This document shows, piece after piece, positions 26,029 through 40,483 of a stretch of 64,000 bases of DNA; the stretch's first letter is position 1; each line of letters starts with the position of its first letter. The DNA comes from Eledone cirrhosa (Eukaryota). The position numbers and the translations under genes are program-made. The notes beneath the pieces were generated by a model. It saw nothing but the letters and a program-made list of their open reading frames with translations, was not told where the DNA came from and searched no databases. The stretch is from contig OZ024741.1 in NCBI GenBank assembly GCA_964016885.1, positions 228,842,001 through 228,906,000 on the forward strand. Reading direction: 5' to 3'.

Positions 26029-26275
26029 GTCTATATATATATATACATATATATATATATACATATATCCATACATATATCTATAAATTAAATGTGTGTG
26101 CGTGAGTCTGTGTATGTTTTTGTTTGTGTGTTTGTGTGTATGTAGATTACTTCGTAATTATTTGACTCGGATGTTCTGTCCCACTATATGGCATAACCAC
26201 GGTTCGGCATAAGGCACGGGAACCAATCGGGATAGATGGAAAATTTGTGATGCATATCATATGTATATATGTATG

Positions 26276-26340
<65 letters not shown>

Positions 26341-26346
26341 GTGTGT

Positions 26347-26389
<43 letters not shown>

Positions 26390-26508
26390 TATACAGATAC
26401 AAGATGTCCCAATAAATGCATACACATTTCAACAGAATTCTAATAAATATTGCTTGTACAAGTAATCAAAGTATGTATACATTTTTTCGAGGGGGGGGGG
26501 GACGCCCC

Positions 26509-26554
<46 letters not shown>

Positions 26555-26907
26555 ATATCTGTATATATATATGTATATATATACATAATACATATTTATA
26601 AATAAATTTATACATAGATATATGTATATGTATATATATTTATATATATATAGATATTAATAAATATATATACATATGTGTGCGCGTGTGTGTGTTTGTG
26701 TCTGTGTATGTATTTATGTATACATATTAATATGCATATTTATTCATTTGCAGATATACACATTATATGTTTATATATGTATATATTACATGTATATATC
26801 TAGTCCTGTGGAAATCATTTCTATATATATAATAGAGAAGTCCATACTCTCCCTACGTAATGAGTACCTTTTTTAAATTTGGTTACAAACCGCCCAGCTA
26901 GGGAATC

Positions 26908-26960
<53 letters not shown>

Positions 26961-26968
<8 letters not shown>

Positions 26969-27271
26969 TATAAATATTAATAAAATAGATGTTCTTTAGA
27001 TCAATTACATTTTATTATACATATTTCGGATGTACAACAGTACGTCCTCACCAGACAAAATATAATTATACATGACATACCCTGAGATGTTAAATGGTTA
27101 AAATTTAACCATTTATTATATATTTTGTCTGATGAGGACGTACTGTTGTACATCCGAAATATGTATAATAAAATGTAATTGATCAAAAGAACATCCATTT
27201 TATTAATATTTATATTTTAATATTAATAACTCTGGAAAAATTTTACATACACATTGAATATTGTTTAACAC

Positions 27272-27278
<7 letters not shown>
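26961..27278 (+). mobile_element. Fold-back PLE-end element with hammerhead at 27121-27175 (+) and mutated copy at 27008-27062 (-)
   Basis: Arms about 26961-27065 and 27118-27222. Core reads tattttgt-CTGATGA-ggacgtac-tgtt-gtacatcc-GAAA-tatgta-TA-ataaaat. Confidence 0.85.
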
Positions 27279-27325
<47 letters not shown>

Positions 27326-27327
<2 letters not shown>

Positions 27328-27516
27328 CGAAGGAAATGTGGTAAGGAACCAGGTGGACCATAACGCACCAAAGTACTCAATATTTGAGGTAGTAGAGTGG
27401 GTAATAGGAACCAGTAAGACCCCGACAGCTGAGCTCAAGCCGTTTCGACGGCTAATTCTGGACTCAGAATTAGCCGTCGAAACGGCTTGAGCTCAGCTGT
27501 CGGGGTCTTACTGGTT

Positions 27517-27520
<4 letters not shown>
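27326..27520 (-). mobile_element. Family A fold-back element
   Basis: Tail on the left, inverted repeat 27405-27520, (TA)n on both sides. Confidence 0.85.
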
Positions 27521-27549
<29 letters not shown>

Positions 27550-27711
27550 GAAATGAGTCATATAAAATAATACAGCCAATTATCCACAAAATACAATATA
27601 GTTAGCACCCCAAACGTTTAATTGGGAATGAATATACTCCGGTATTTCCTAATGTTTGTTGAGTGAGTTGGAAATTGGTCGGAGTATCGCTAATAGCTTT
27701 CTTCGTTTATG

Positions 27712-27779
<68 letters not shown>

Positions 27780-27887
27780 TATATATATTTGGGGTAATAG
27801 AGAGGATAATATGAAAAGATTCAGGATCCCAACGGGTGAGTTCCGGCCGTCTCGACAGCTCTCGTATATATATATTTATATATATAC

Positions 27888-27927
<40 letters not shown>

Positions 27928-27931
<4 letters not shown>

Positions 27932-28235
27932 TTAATATAGATGAGATTCTACAGGACTAGAACTGTTTCATTCATTAGAAATCATCAGGAATCCGGGTAT
28001 CAAAAAATAAATATGGTATTTATAGGTCTCTACCTATAGGTCTCTACCTATAGGTCTCTACCTATAGAGACCTATAAATACCATATTTATTTTTTGATAC
28101 CCAGATTCCTGATGATTTCTAATGAATGAAACAGTTCTAGTCCTGTAGAATCTCATCTATATTAAAACTTTTATACTCTGCTATGTATTGAGTACCTTAC
28201 TTACTGTGGTTACCTCCGATTCAACCCGGAATAAC

Positions 28236-28236
<1 letters not shown>
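27928..28236 (+). mobile_element. Family B fold-back element with hammerheads on both strands (+ copy 28103-28153)
   Basis: agattc-CTGATGA-tttctaatgaat-GAAA-cag-ttctagtc-ctg-TA-gaatct, followed by ATTAAA. Arms 27928-28032 and 28065-28169. Confidence 0.9.
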
Positions 28237-28296
<60 letters not shown>

Positions 28297-28331
28297 TATA
28301 TATATATGTATGTAATAGGAAAAGGTTCAGG

Positions 28332-28457
<126 letters not shown>

Positions 28458-28510
28458 GTATATATATAAATATAGATCGAAGTGGTTACACAACAGTTAG
28501 TTCACCATAC

Positions 28511-28548
28511 CGAGAACAATTGTTTCACCTTAGCGGATCCTCAGCTCG
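28511..28548 (-). ncRNA. Minimal type I hammerhead ribozyme motif
   Basis: cgag-CTGAGGA-t-cc-gctaa-gg-t-GAAA-caattg-TT-ctcg. Confidence 0.8.
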
Positions 28549-28608
28549 TCCCATGGACAGAGTGCTCTACCACTATGGATATTACCTTCCAGTGTTCTAC
28601 CACTATAA

Positions 28609-28699
<91 letters not shown>

Positions 28700-29086
28700 C
28701 ACACACACAGATATCACTTGTACATATATACGATATATGTGTATATATATATATATGCCTGTTTGTATATGTATATGTATATGTATATATATACCTATAC
28801 ATATACACGTATATATATATATACATATAGTTATACTTGGGGAGGGTCATATTTGTGTAATATTGCCAGAATTAATAACAGAACACACTCACTGTTTGGT
28901 TGGTTTTTGCTTTTCGCTTCTGTGTCTTTTATATCGGTTAGTTTAATTTATTCGGTTCTCAATGTTGCCATTGACTGACCAACGGTCATATATATGTGTG
29001 TATACACATGTATATAAATGCATAAATATATACATGTGTATACACACATATATGTATATATGAATATATATATATATATTTATACA

Positions 29087-29142
<56 letters not shown>

Positions 29143-29209
29143 AATATATACATATGTATATGTATATATAGATACATATATATATACATATTTATATATA
29201 CATATACAT

Positions 29210-29304
<95 letters not shown>

Positions 29305-29764
29305 TATGTATATATATATTTATATATATGTGTGAGTAACGAACGTTAAATGATGATGATAGTGATGATGGTGATGGTTATGGTTATAGTTATGGTTATA
29401 TATTCAAATATAAAAGTGAATAGCAATTATAAATACCTACACCTTCGGAATGTTAATTAACAAATTTCACATTCTATTTTTCTATTCTTCTGTATTAATC
29501 TCGTCTTATAATAATTATGCTTAACTATTCTTTTCTATACATAACATTTGTTCGTCAAAAATTGCTTTATTACTAATATATTATAGGTACAGTAATACTA
29601 ACAATTCCTATTAAATCGAATCGGTATTTTTAAACAGGTTCGTAATACTTTGCAATGTTCTGTCTCTACTTTAAGTTTCGAAAATGATTACAGACCAATA
29701 ATAACATGTTAAATCTAATAGGGACACATTTTCAAAATTTGATATACATATATACATTTATATA

Positions 29765-30173
<409 letters not shown>

Positions 30174-30391
30174 TATATATACATATATACGTATGTAAAT
30201 ATATATATGCATATATGTATATATATATATGTGTGTGTGCGTGTGTTTGTTTGTTTTTGTGTGTGCGCACGTGTGTGTGTGCGTACGTGTGTGTATGTTA
30301 CCCACACACTCAACTACTAAGTATTTATTAAGTATAATTATGTATTATTTTATATTATATTATTTCATAATATATTCTATTATATCATCTA

Positions 30392-31122
30392 CTAGCAGTG
30401 GTACCCGGTGTTGCACGGGATAAGGTATTTTGGAACGCGGGCCGCCAACAGACCTAATCGTGGTAAAACTGCATGCCCGGACAATATGTAAAGAAAATAG
30501 CCCGAATACTCTGATGGCTGGATAATCTAAGATTTTCCTCGATGAAGCTGGAAAAAGGCAGGTTTTCGCCTAATGCGGGCCCTAAGGGATCAAGAAAGTG
30601 AATTCTTTTTATGTGCATAATATGCCTTGAAATTTCGGGAAAATCGGCTACACGTAACGCCTCAAAAAAAGCCCTAAAAATGTGAAAAAAATGAAGTTTT
30701 TCATCTAATACAGGCACTAGACCATAAAAAGTTGGATTTTCTTAGCTCACAGTATGAAGAAGAGACTGACTAATACATAGTTACAATTTCAAGGAAATCG
30801 GTCTGACGTAACGCCTCAAAACCCCCCTAAAAATGTTAAAAAACGCAGTTTTTCACCTAATGCTGGACCTAGGGTATCAAAAAGTTGAATTTTTATGTGC
30901 ATAACACTCCCTGTAAATACACATGTAAAGCTTGAAAAAGATCGGTTGGGTACTTCTCGGGTTTCTCACACACACACACATACACAAATACACACATACA
31001 CACATACATACATACATACATACATACATACATACATACATACATACATACATACATACATACATACATACATACATACATACATACACCCTTCCGCAGT
31101 TTTATATATATACATATATAGA
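30392..31122 (-). mobile_element. Non-autonomous Helitron
   Basis: Minus strand starts TCTATATA..AAAACTG and ends cccgtgcaacaccggg-taccactg-CTAG. Internal (CATA)n. Homologous to 37500-38076. Confidence 0.8.
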
Positions 31123-31574
31123 TTAAAATAACAGAGTTTAAGCAAAGAATCGTTGCTTTCACCCTTAACGGGATCTTCTGAAACTAAAAACATCAATCTG
31201 TGAACGCAGAAGTAAATATTTCGAAAAACGTTGCAACCGAAGGAAAACAGGAAGACGATACTTTGGTTCGTGAAGACGTTCCCTGGCAATGAACGGAAAA
31301 TAGCGAACATAATACGTCATCAATGTTCGTCAGAATGTCGCAATGCAGACAGCCAAGCATACAGATATTATAAGAGTGCGACGGAGATGGATAACCGGCG
31401 CCTAACACCCCTTTAACAATAGAACATTGAAAAATAAAAGCTGCAGTTAATATCTTTAGACCGCAAGGAATATATAAATGCAAGTTTGAAGTCAATCGGA
31501 GTAGAAATGTGGATTTGTATAGACTTTGCAAAATTCAGGACACACACAGACTACATCAGTTTTATATATATAGA
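31123..31574 (-). mobile_element. Non-autonomous Helitron, 5' part
   Basis: TCTATATATATAAAACTG start on the minus strand. Carries the gctttcacccttaacgggatctt module seen at 36390, 50166, 51225, 54545 and 63756. Confidence 0.65.
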
Positions 31575-32393
31575 TATATCTAAAACAGAGAATGTCTGTC
31601 TGTCTGTCTCCCTAAAACTCGAGAACCTCCCAACCGATTTTTTTTCAAACTTTACACATGTTATACTTATGGTCGTGTGAGTGTTTTGAGCAAAATGTAT
31701 TTCAAATTTTCAATGCCTTAGGGATCGCATTAGGCGAAAAACTGCATATTTTAGGATTTAAAGGCTTTTTGAAGGCGATTTCTTCAAAATTTGCATTACT
31801 TATGTCGTTTAAAGTGTTTTGAGCAAAAAAGATTTTCTCATTCTTTGCCCCAAGAACCGTATTAGGTGAAAAACCGATTTTTTGAAGCATTTTGGTTGCG
31901 TTAGGGCCTGTAACTCCAGAAGTACGCAACCGATATTTTTTAAACTTTGCATATGCATTACGTATGTTTCACATATTTTCTTGACTGAAAAATATTTCAA
32001 ATTTTTGACCGGGGACCGCATTCTTTAGCATTTTGGTTGCGTTAGGGCCTGTAACCTGAAAAGTATCCAACTAAATTCCTTCATTCTCTCCACCTCTGCA
32101 GTCCCACATGCTTACTGCTCTGTAACTATTGGTTTCATTGCACAACAATTACATGTTCGGTTTGTAGAATGCCTTTTTACTTAACCCTATCGTCTTGGCT
32201 TTCGTGGGTTGAACATTTTACTCTCAGGCACCCAATTAAGTTAAACCTCTGATAATCTACGACGAATTTTTTTTATAAGCACAAAATGTAGACACCATCC
32301 CCATGCCGAGGTATTCCGTACTGTTTCAGAAAGGAGGGATAAACATGCCAATCTATGTTTAGAATCCCGAGCAACGCCGGGCCATTCTGCTAG
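31575..32393 (+). mobile_element. Non-autonomous Helitron
   Basis: tatatctaaaacagagaatgtctgtc 5' end and 3' hairpin cccgagcaacgccggg + ccattctgCTAG. Followed by (TATTA)n. Confidence 0.8.
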
Positions 32394-32599
32394 TATTATA
32401 TTATATTATATTATATTATATTATATTATATTATATTATATTATATTATATTATATTATATTATATTATATTATATTATATTATTTATATTATATTATAG
32501 TATTTCATAATATATTATATTATATTATTTCATATTATATTCTATATTATATTATATTATATTATATTATACATTATATATTTTTTATGAATGAAAAAT

Positions 32600-33640
32600 A
32601 TTAGGATGCTTAAACTATGCGACAAAAGAGCAAAATTATAATTTTGCAATATTTCAATTTATAATTAAATCTTACCTATTCATTAAGAAATAAAAACTAA
32701 TTAATTATTACTAGCCTAAAAACATGAAGAGAATAAAGAAGGAAAGAATATCAGCAGATACAATTCACAAAAGAGTTTTTAATACCAAAAACTAATCTTT
32801 GTAGATATGACAATTTAAAAAAAACAGATAGAAGAATATAAACACACATTTTCCACGGACACTAAACATCAAGTCACTCAAAACACTCGAAATTGATCAT
32901 TCTATTTAACCTTTTAAAAGGATTTGCACAATAGTGTCGGACCCGATCAAACGTGAGCAAAGACTGGCTGAACTCAAAAATATACTCACTCAAAGCACAT
33001 TCCCAACTGAATTGAAAGGGCCAAACATATAAATCTCCAAGAACTAAGGGCAACAAAAACAAAACCAGGGATATATTATGCTATATGTGCCAAACTTCAA
33101 CCCCCAAACTATCGAAATGTTTAACCATCCCCGCAAAAACCTTCCTATTCTATATGAAGATGAAAAAAATGAAAATAATTTTAGAAACACACAAAATCCT
33201 CAAGGGTAAAAGATAGCCCCAAACACTAAAACGTATCCTTACTGGGGAAAAAAAACCAAGCAAATCCCCAATCCCACTGTTACAAAATGCTGAAGAACAA
33301 ATTGTGAAACCTCTTATACCTCTTATACCTAATTTAAGGACCAGAATTCAAATATAAAGTTAAATGAACCATTAGAATAAAAGAAAATTTCAGTAACTCG
33401 TAAAATCTCATTTATATGATTATATGCTGTGGATATCTGCACACAATATGACTCGTAAAATCTCATTTATATGATTATATGCTGTGGATATCTGCACACA
33501 AAAATGACCCTACACCGCCAAAATCCCCTTAAACACTCACATTGCAACATGACTTCAAAATGTTTTTCATCTACAACATTTTCCTACTCTTCCACCCAAT
33601 AATAAATAAATAAAAACAATTCGTTAATAAATATAAACCA
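32600..33640 (+). pseudogene. Heavily decayed PLE (Neptune-like) thumb/endonuclease remnant
   Basis: Patchy translation PKTLKRILT..VTKC.RTNC..NLIYMIIC with many stops and frameshifts. Confidence 0.5.
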
Positions 33641-33888
33641 TAATTAAATATGTAATTGTCCTTCATTAGACAATAATGATCGATAGATGAAAATAACCAA
33701 TCTACACACATCTGTAAGAAACCCTATACATGTGCAACTACACAAACACACACACACATACATCACAAAACAAAAGACGAACTTTATATCCACTCTTAGC
33801 TATTTTTAACTATTTTCACGAACCCTAAAATAATCTTGAACACTTGACACAATAGAACCCCACCTAAATGCACACACACACACGCACG

Positions 33889-33957
<69 letters not shown>

Positions 33958-33980
33958 ACACACACACACACACACACACT

Positions 33981-34018
<38 letters not shown>

Positions 34019-34602
34019 CATAACCATATATATATATGTGTGTAATATAATATATAAGGAGAAATTTTGTCAGAACATTCACATATGTTCTAACTGCCCA
34101 CAGAAAATGAAAACAAACTTTTTTTTAATACTTGATATGACAATCGAAACCGGAAATATTCGACAAAATGTAAATACATTTAATGTAATGATTATAAAAT
34201 TATTCATTCTGCCGGGTTAAAGAAAAATTATCTTTAAGTAAACTTCTGTGCATTTTTACCTATAATCCTTCATTTGTATGGAACTTTGCCCCCCTTTTCA
34301 ACTGTATACATATATATATATATGTGCGTATATGTACGTGTTTGATCGATTTAATCAATGTGGTGCCCCAGCATGATATCAGAATAATGACTAAAACCAG
34401 TAAAAGAATAGCAGATAAAGATAAAGGCATCTACTAAAATTTATAATGGATAAGGAATTGAATATATACGGAGTTATAAAAAAATATGAAGAATACAGTT
34501 AACTGAAAGAATCTGTAAAATTACACAAATTTTACTCGTAAATAATTTCTAATAGACATGTTTGGGAGCGAGTTACATACATCACATTAATAGAGAGCCT
34601 CG

Positions 34603-34636
<34 letters not shown>

Positions 34637-34640
<4 letters not shown>

Positions 34641-34821
34641 TTAATATAGAAGAGATTCTACAGGACTAGAACTGTTTCATTCTTTAGAAATCATCAGGAA
34701 TCTTCTAAAGAATGAAACAGTTCTAGTCCTGTAGAATCTCTTCTATATTAAAACTTTTATACTCTGCTATGTATTGAGTACCTTACTTACTGTGGTTACC
34801 TCCGATTCAACCCGGAATAAC

Positions 34822-34822
<1 letters not shown>
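34637..34822 (+). mobile_element. Family B fold-back element
   Basis: Complete hammerhead on the minus arm (about 34653-34703). The plus arm restarts inside stem II. Common tail. Confidence 0.9.
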
Positions 34823-34856
<34 letters not shown>

Positions 34857-34897
34857 TGCGTGTGTGTATGTATATGTATAGTATATGTATATATATG

Positions 34898-34939
<42 letters not shown>

Positions 34940-35500
34940 AATATCATGTTATATTTATTTATATATATATATATATATATCTCAAAATTATTTTTGAATA
35001 GCATTAGAAATGTGCAACCGCTAAAAACTTAAAACTAAAATTGTATTCCTAATTAAACTATTTTTCACTGGGAAAAATGTGTCACCTTTTTCTTTTCCTT
35101 TTTACTAATATATCACAACTCGTGTGTCACACCTCTATTTTTTAAATATATATATATATTGTTATATATATGATTCCGGTTAGTAATCGATGATACATCA
35201 ATTTAAAGCACTCGACGTTATGCTGATCATCCATCGTAGATGTGGTATCTTGTGGTTGGTGAAGGAACGGAGTGAAATATTTATTAAAAACAACAGAAAG
35301 CCGGACTTGAAACTTTCTTTAAAATTTTGAATCCGCGAAAACAATATACATATTTCAATTGTTCAGCTTCATCATCAGAATATCATGGAGGGCCCAGGTG
35401 TTTTTATCAGGTGTTGATTGCAGAATTAGTTATATAAGAGAATAAGATTTGGGACGAAGACAAACAGAGTATAGAAAAGAGAAAATATATATATATCTAT

Positions 35501-36447
35501 ATCTCCTTATAATATATAACCAGCAATTTCTCTGTCTGCCTGTCCGTCAGTGGAAACTCGTGCGCGCGTGGTTGCTATCTCTCTCTCTCTCTCTCCAGCT
35601 ATCCCTCACTTTTAGTCTGTCTGTTTCTCTCACTCTCACTCTTTCTCTTTGTAACACACTAACATTCCTCCCCTCTATCGCTGTGACGAATGGGGAGATG
35701 GAGGAGGAGGAGGAGGAGGAGGAGGAGGAGGAGGAGGAGAGAGTCACTTCGTCACTTCACCTCTGCCTTTCTTTCTCTCCCCTCTCACTCCCTCATTACG
35801 TACATACATTAGGGCGGTTGATTGGCAGAATCTGTAGAGAGTCGGACACCATGCTTCATAGCATGGAGTTGCGTCCCTTTACGGTCTGAGTTCAAATACC
35901 GCCGAGGTTAACTTTGCCTTTCATCCTCACGGGGTCGATAAAATAAAGTACCAGTAATGTACTGAGTAATTGCTGGCCTTGTCTATATATCTAAAACAGA
36001 GAATGTCCGTCTGTCTCTCTGTCTGTTTGACTCCCTAATACTCGAGAACTACCCAACCGATTGTTTTCAAACTTTACACTTGTAATACTTATGGTCCTCT
36101 GAGTATTTTGAGAAAAGAATATTTCAATTTTCAATGCCCTAGGGACGGCATTAGGTGATTTAGCGATTTCTCTATATAATTCTTAGTCTTTCTTTTTAGA
36201 TAGATACATAGATATAACGTTGCGCCCTTATAATATCTGTCTGTATGTCTGGCTGTCTGCATTATGGCATTATGACGTTATATGTGTGTGTGTATTATGT
36301 ATACATAGTGTGTAGATATATATATTTATATATAGTGTGTAACGTTTCTCGAAATATTTACTTCTGCGTTCACAGATTGATTTTTTTTAGTTTCCGAAGA
36401 TCCCGTTAAGGGTGAAAGCAGCGATTCTTTGCTTAAACTTTAATATG

Positions 36448-36509
<62 letters not shown>

Positions 36510-38076
36510 GTGTACAGATATGTTTGCATACACAATAACAAAATATAAACAAACGTATTTATTTCACGAGGTTCGATAAGGATAAATATATATCAAATAT
36601 ATAAGAACCCTAGAGAGCAAATCCCGAGCAACGCCGGGCCATTCTGCTCGTCTACTTATATATATAACCAGCAATTTCTCTGTCTGTCTGTCCGACAGTG
36701 GAAACACGTGCGTAGAGAGAGAGTGAGAGTGAAAGAAAGAGACAGACTACGAGAGGGGGATAGCGGGAGGGAGAGAGGGAGAGAGAGAGAGAGTGAATAG
36801 ACGCTAAAACACGTGCTACAGAAACATTACCTTCCTCTCTCCACTGACTTTGGTCACTGAGGCCGAGGGAATCGCGCTGAGCGCGTCATAATGACGTAAT
36901 GCAGACAGCCAGACATACAGACATTATAATGGCGCAACGTTATATCTATGTATCTATCTAAAAAGAAAGACTAAGAATTATATAGAGAGAACGCTAAATC
37001 GCCTAATGCGGTCCCTAGGGCATTGAAAATTTGAAATAATTTTTGCTCAGAACACTCACAGGACCATAAGTATTACATGTCTAAAGTTTGAAAACAATCG
37101 GTTGGATGGTTCTCAAGTTTTAGTGAGCTGACAGACAGACAGATATTCTCTGTTTTAGATATATAGACTAGCAGAAAACCGCCCCGCGGGTGGTTTTCTG
37201 CTAGTCTATATATATAAAACTGAGGATGTCTGTCTGTGTGTGTGTGAGTTCGAATCCCTAAAACTCAAGAACCACCCAACCGACTGTTTTCAAACTTTAC
37301 ACATGTAGTACTTATGTTTCAGGGAGTGTTCTGAGCAAAAGAAATTTCAAATGTTATATGCCCTAGGGACCGCATTAGGCGATTTAGCGATCTCGCTCTA
37401 TAATTCTTAGTCTTTCTCTTTATAGATAGATACATACATATAATGTCGCACCCTTATAATATCTGTCTGTATGTCTCGCTGTCTGCATTACGTCACTTCC
37501 CTGAGGATGTATGTCTGTGTGAGTTTGAATCCCTAAAACTCAAGAAGTACCCAACCGATTTTTTTCAAACTTTACATGTGTATTACTTATGTTTCAGGGA
37601 GTGTTATGCACATAACAAATTCAACTTTTTTTTAATCTCCTAGGGCCAGCATTAGGTGAAAAACTGCGTTTTTTAATATTTTTAGGGTTTTTTTTAGGCG
37701 TTACGTCAGACCGATTTCCTTGAAATTGTAACTATGTATTAGTCAGTCTCTTCTTCATACCGTGAGCAAAGAAAATTCAACTTTCTTATGGCCTAGGGCC
37801 CGCATTAGGTGAAAAACTTCATTTTTTCAGCTTTTTAGGGCTTTTTGGAAGCGTTACGGCTAGTCGATTTTCCCGAAATTTATGCACATAAAAAATTTCA
37901 TTTTTTTGATCCCCTAGGGCCCGCATTAGGTGAAAACCTGCATTATTCAGCCATCAGAGTATTTGGTATATTTTCTTTATATATTGTCCAGGCATGCAGT
38001 TTTTCCACGATTAGGTCTGTTGGCGGCCCGCGTCCCAAAATACCTTATCCCGTGCAACGCCGAGTACCACTGCTAG
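35501..38076. mobile_element. Cluster of nested and adjacent non-autonomous Helitrons
   Basis: 5' TC starts at about 35501, 35982, 36651, 37205 (+) and 37167 (-). 3' hairpin+CTAG-type ends at 36623-36650, 37168-37204 and 38047-38076. 35982-36270 is inverted at 36890-37167. Confidence 0.75.
35811..35981 (+). mobile_element. OK-like SINE
   Basis: Family match. Confidence 0.9.
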
Positions 38077-38427
38077 TATATATATATATATATATATAGC
38101 AAATTTAATTATCCGAAATATTTTCTGGTTTAAAAACATATTATCACGGGAGTATCCCTGTGAAGGTCTTAAAGGACCGGTCGGAGATGAGTTGTTGTTA
38201 GGATGGAAGATTTAATTTGATTTAATTTAATAGAGGTGTATATATATTTGAAAATATAGAAACACATACTATACGTTTATATACAATAAAAATATGGGTA
38301 ACCTCGCTATTAAGGATAAATATTTTTTTGTAACGAAGAAATTTATTTTTCTCTATGTTCCTCTATGAATATATCACGTCTATTATGATTAAAAGCTGTC
38401 TTAGTGCTACTGCAAATATATATATAT

Positions 38428-38755
<328 letters not shown>

Positions 38756-39520
38756 GAGAGAGTCAAGTGAAAAATGATGAAATAGACAGTGTAATGTGAG
38801 AGAGTGTGGTGGTGGACGCCGTCGTCTTCAAGGTTGTAATGCTGGTGGTAAAGTGGTTGGGTGGTTGCGTGGTTGGTGGTTATGGTGAAAAGGTTTTTGT
38901 TGCACAAATCTATTTACTGTGAGAGTTGTGTTAATAAAGAGAGAATCATTATGGTGTCGGGTGACACCATGATGGACTAATCTACATAATTACAACTGGA
39001 TTAACAGGGATGCACAGAGAGCGAGAGGACTGAGATAGAAGTTACTGATGCTGGTGATGGTGGTGGTGGTGGTGGTGGTGGTGGTGGCATGTTGTTTGTG
39101 GGCGGTGAGGTGAAAGGCTTAGAAGAGGCGGAAATGAATGGGGAGGATGTGAATGATGTTGTTTGGAGAGGGTTACAGTTTGGTAATATGTATCGGGTTG
39201 GGTGGGTGTGTGGTTGGGGGTAGGTTAATGACTAGCCAAATTCCATTTGTTTGTTGTGGTGTAGTGGCGGTAGGTGGTTTTAGTTATTTGTTGTTAGTTT
39301 TAGATTTGTGAGGGTGGGGGGCATGAGGTATGGGTGTGTTCACGTCCCGTCGCTAGGCCCTCTGAGCTCATTCTCCCCCCCTTGACCATCACTTTCTTCT
39401 CCTCCATCCTTATAACAGACATTTTGTTTGTAAGTTAATGCGTGTTTATAAACATGCGGAGGAAAATGGGATATTTAAAATGTTACTACTACTATTTCTA
39501 CTACTAATATTACTACTAAT

Positions 39521-39927
39521 AATTGTTTCTACCTTTAGCACAAGGCCAGCAAATACCCCAGTGCATTACTGGTACTTAATTTTATCGACCCCGTAAGGAT
39601 GAAAGGCAAAGTTAACCTCGGCGGGATTTGAACTCAGAATGGCAAGGGCCGTAACTCTATGCGTCAAAGATGGCGTCCGACCCTTTACCGATACTGCCAG
39701 TCCAAATAATGGTTTCTTATACAGGCACAAGGCCCGCAATTTCGGGGGAGGGAAAGTCGATTATATCAACCCCAGTGCGTGACTGGTACTTTATTTTATC
39801 GACCCCGAAAGGATGAAAGGCAAAATTAACCTCGGCGGGATTCGAAATCAGACCATAAAGGGCCGTAACTCTTTGCTACAAAGCATGGCATCCGACACTC
39901 TACCGATACTGCCAATCCTCCGCCCTT
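39521..39927 (-). mobile_element. Two tandem OK-like SINEs (39521-39705, 39708-39927)
   Basis: The family core appears twice. Confidence 0.9.
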
Positions 39928-39934
39928 AAATAAA

Positions 39935-40016
<82 letters not shown>

Positions 40017-40017
40017 T

Positions 40018-40445
40018 TTAGGATACAGACGGACAAAAAACTGGAACACAATAGACCTGACCTGGTGGTTGTGGACAAAGAAAAAAGATCGTGCCTGATT
40101 GTGGATGTGGCCTGCCCGTTCGACACGAGAGTGCAAGAGAAGGAGAGGGAGAAAATTAACCGATACCAGGACCTAAAGTGGGAGGTGAAAAGGATTTGGA
40201 ACTGCCATGAAGTCAAAGTGATCCCGATTGTCATAGGCGCACTGGGGACTATCTCCAAAGGTTTCCAGGGATGGTTAAAGAAAATCGGCCCCTTCACGCT
40301 TTTTGGAACGCTTCAAAAGGCATGCTTGCTTGGAACAGCAAGAACCCTCCGATACGTCCTGAATATCTGAGGCTGCAGGTAGTGGCTTGATATTCAATCC
40401 AACGGACTTTCCAGTTAACCAACATCAATGACTGAGATTCAAGGA
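40018..40445 (+). mobile_element. R4/Dong-like non-LTR retrotransposon 3' fragment (restriction-like endonuclease) in (AAT)n
   Basis: IQTDKKLEHNRPDLVVVDK..IVDVACPFD..EKINRYQDL..VIPIVIGALG..LQKACLLGTARTLR, with (AAT)n on both sides. Confidence 0.85.
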
Positions 40446-40483
40446 ATAACGATAACAATAATAATTATAATAATAATAATAAT

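Noticed and set aside
26961-27222. Arm-to-arm A/G and C/T mismatches as fossils of A-to-I editing
   Set aside because: There are too few, they are not strand-polarised, and ordinary transitions explain them.
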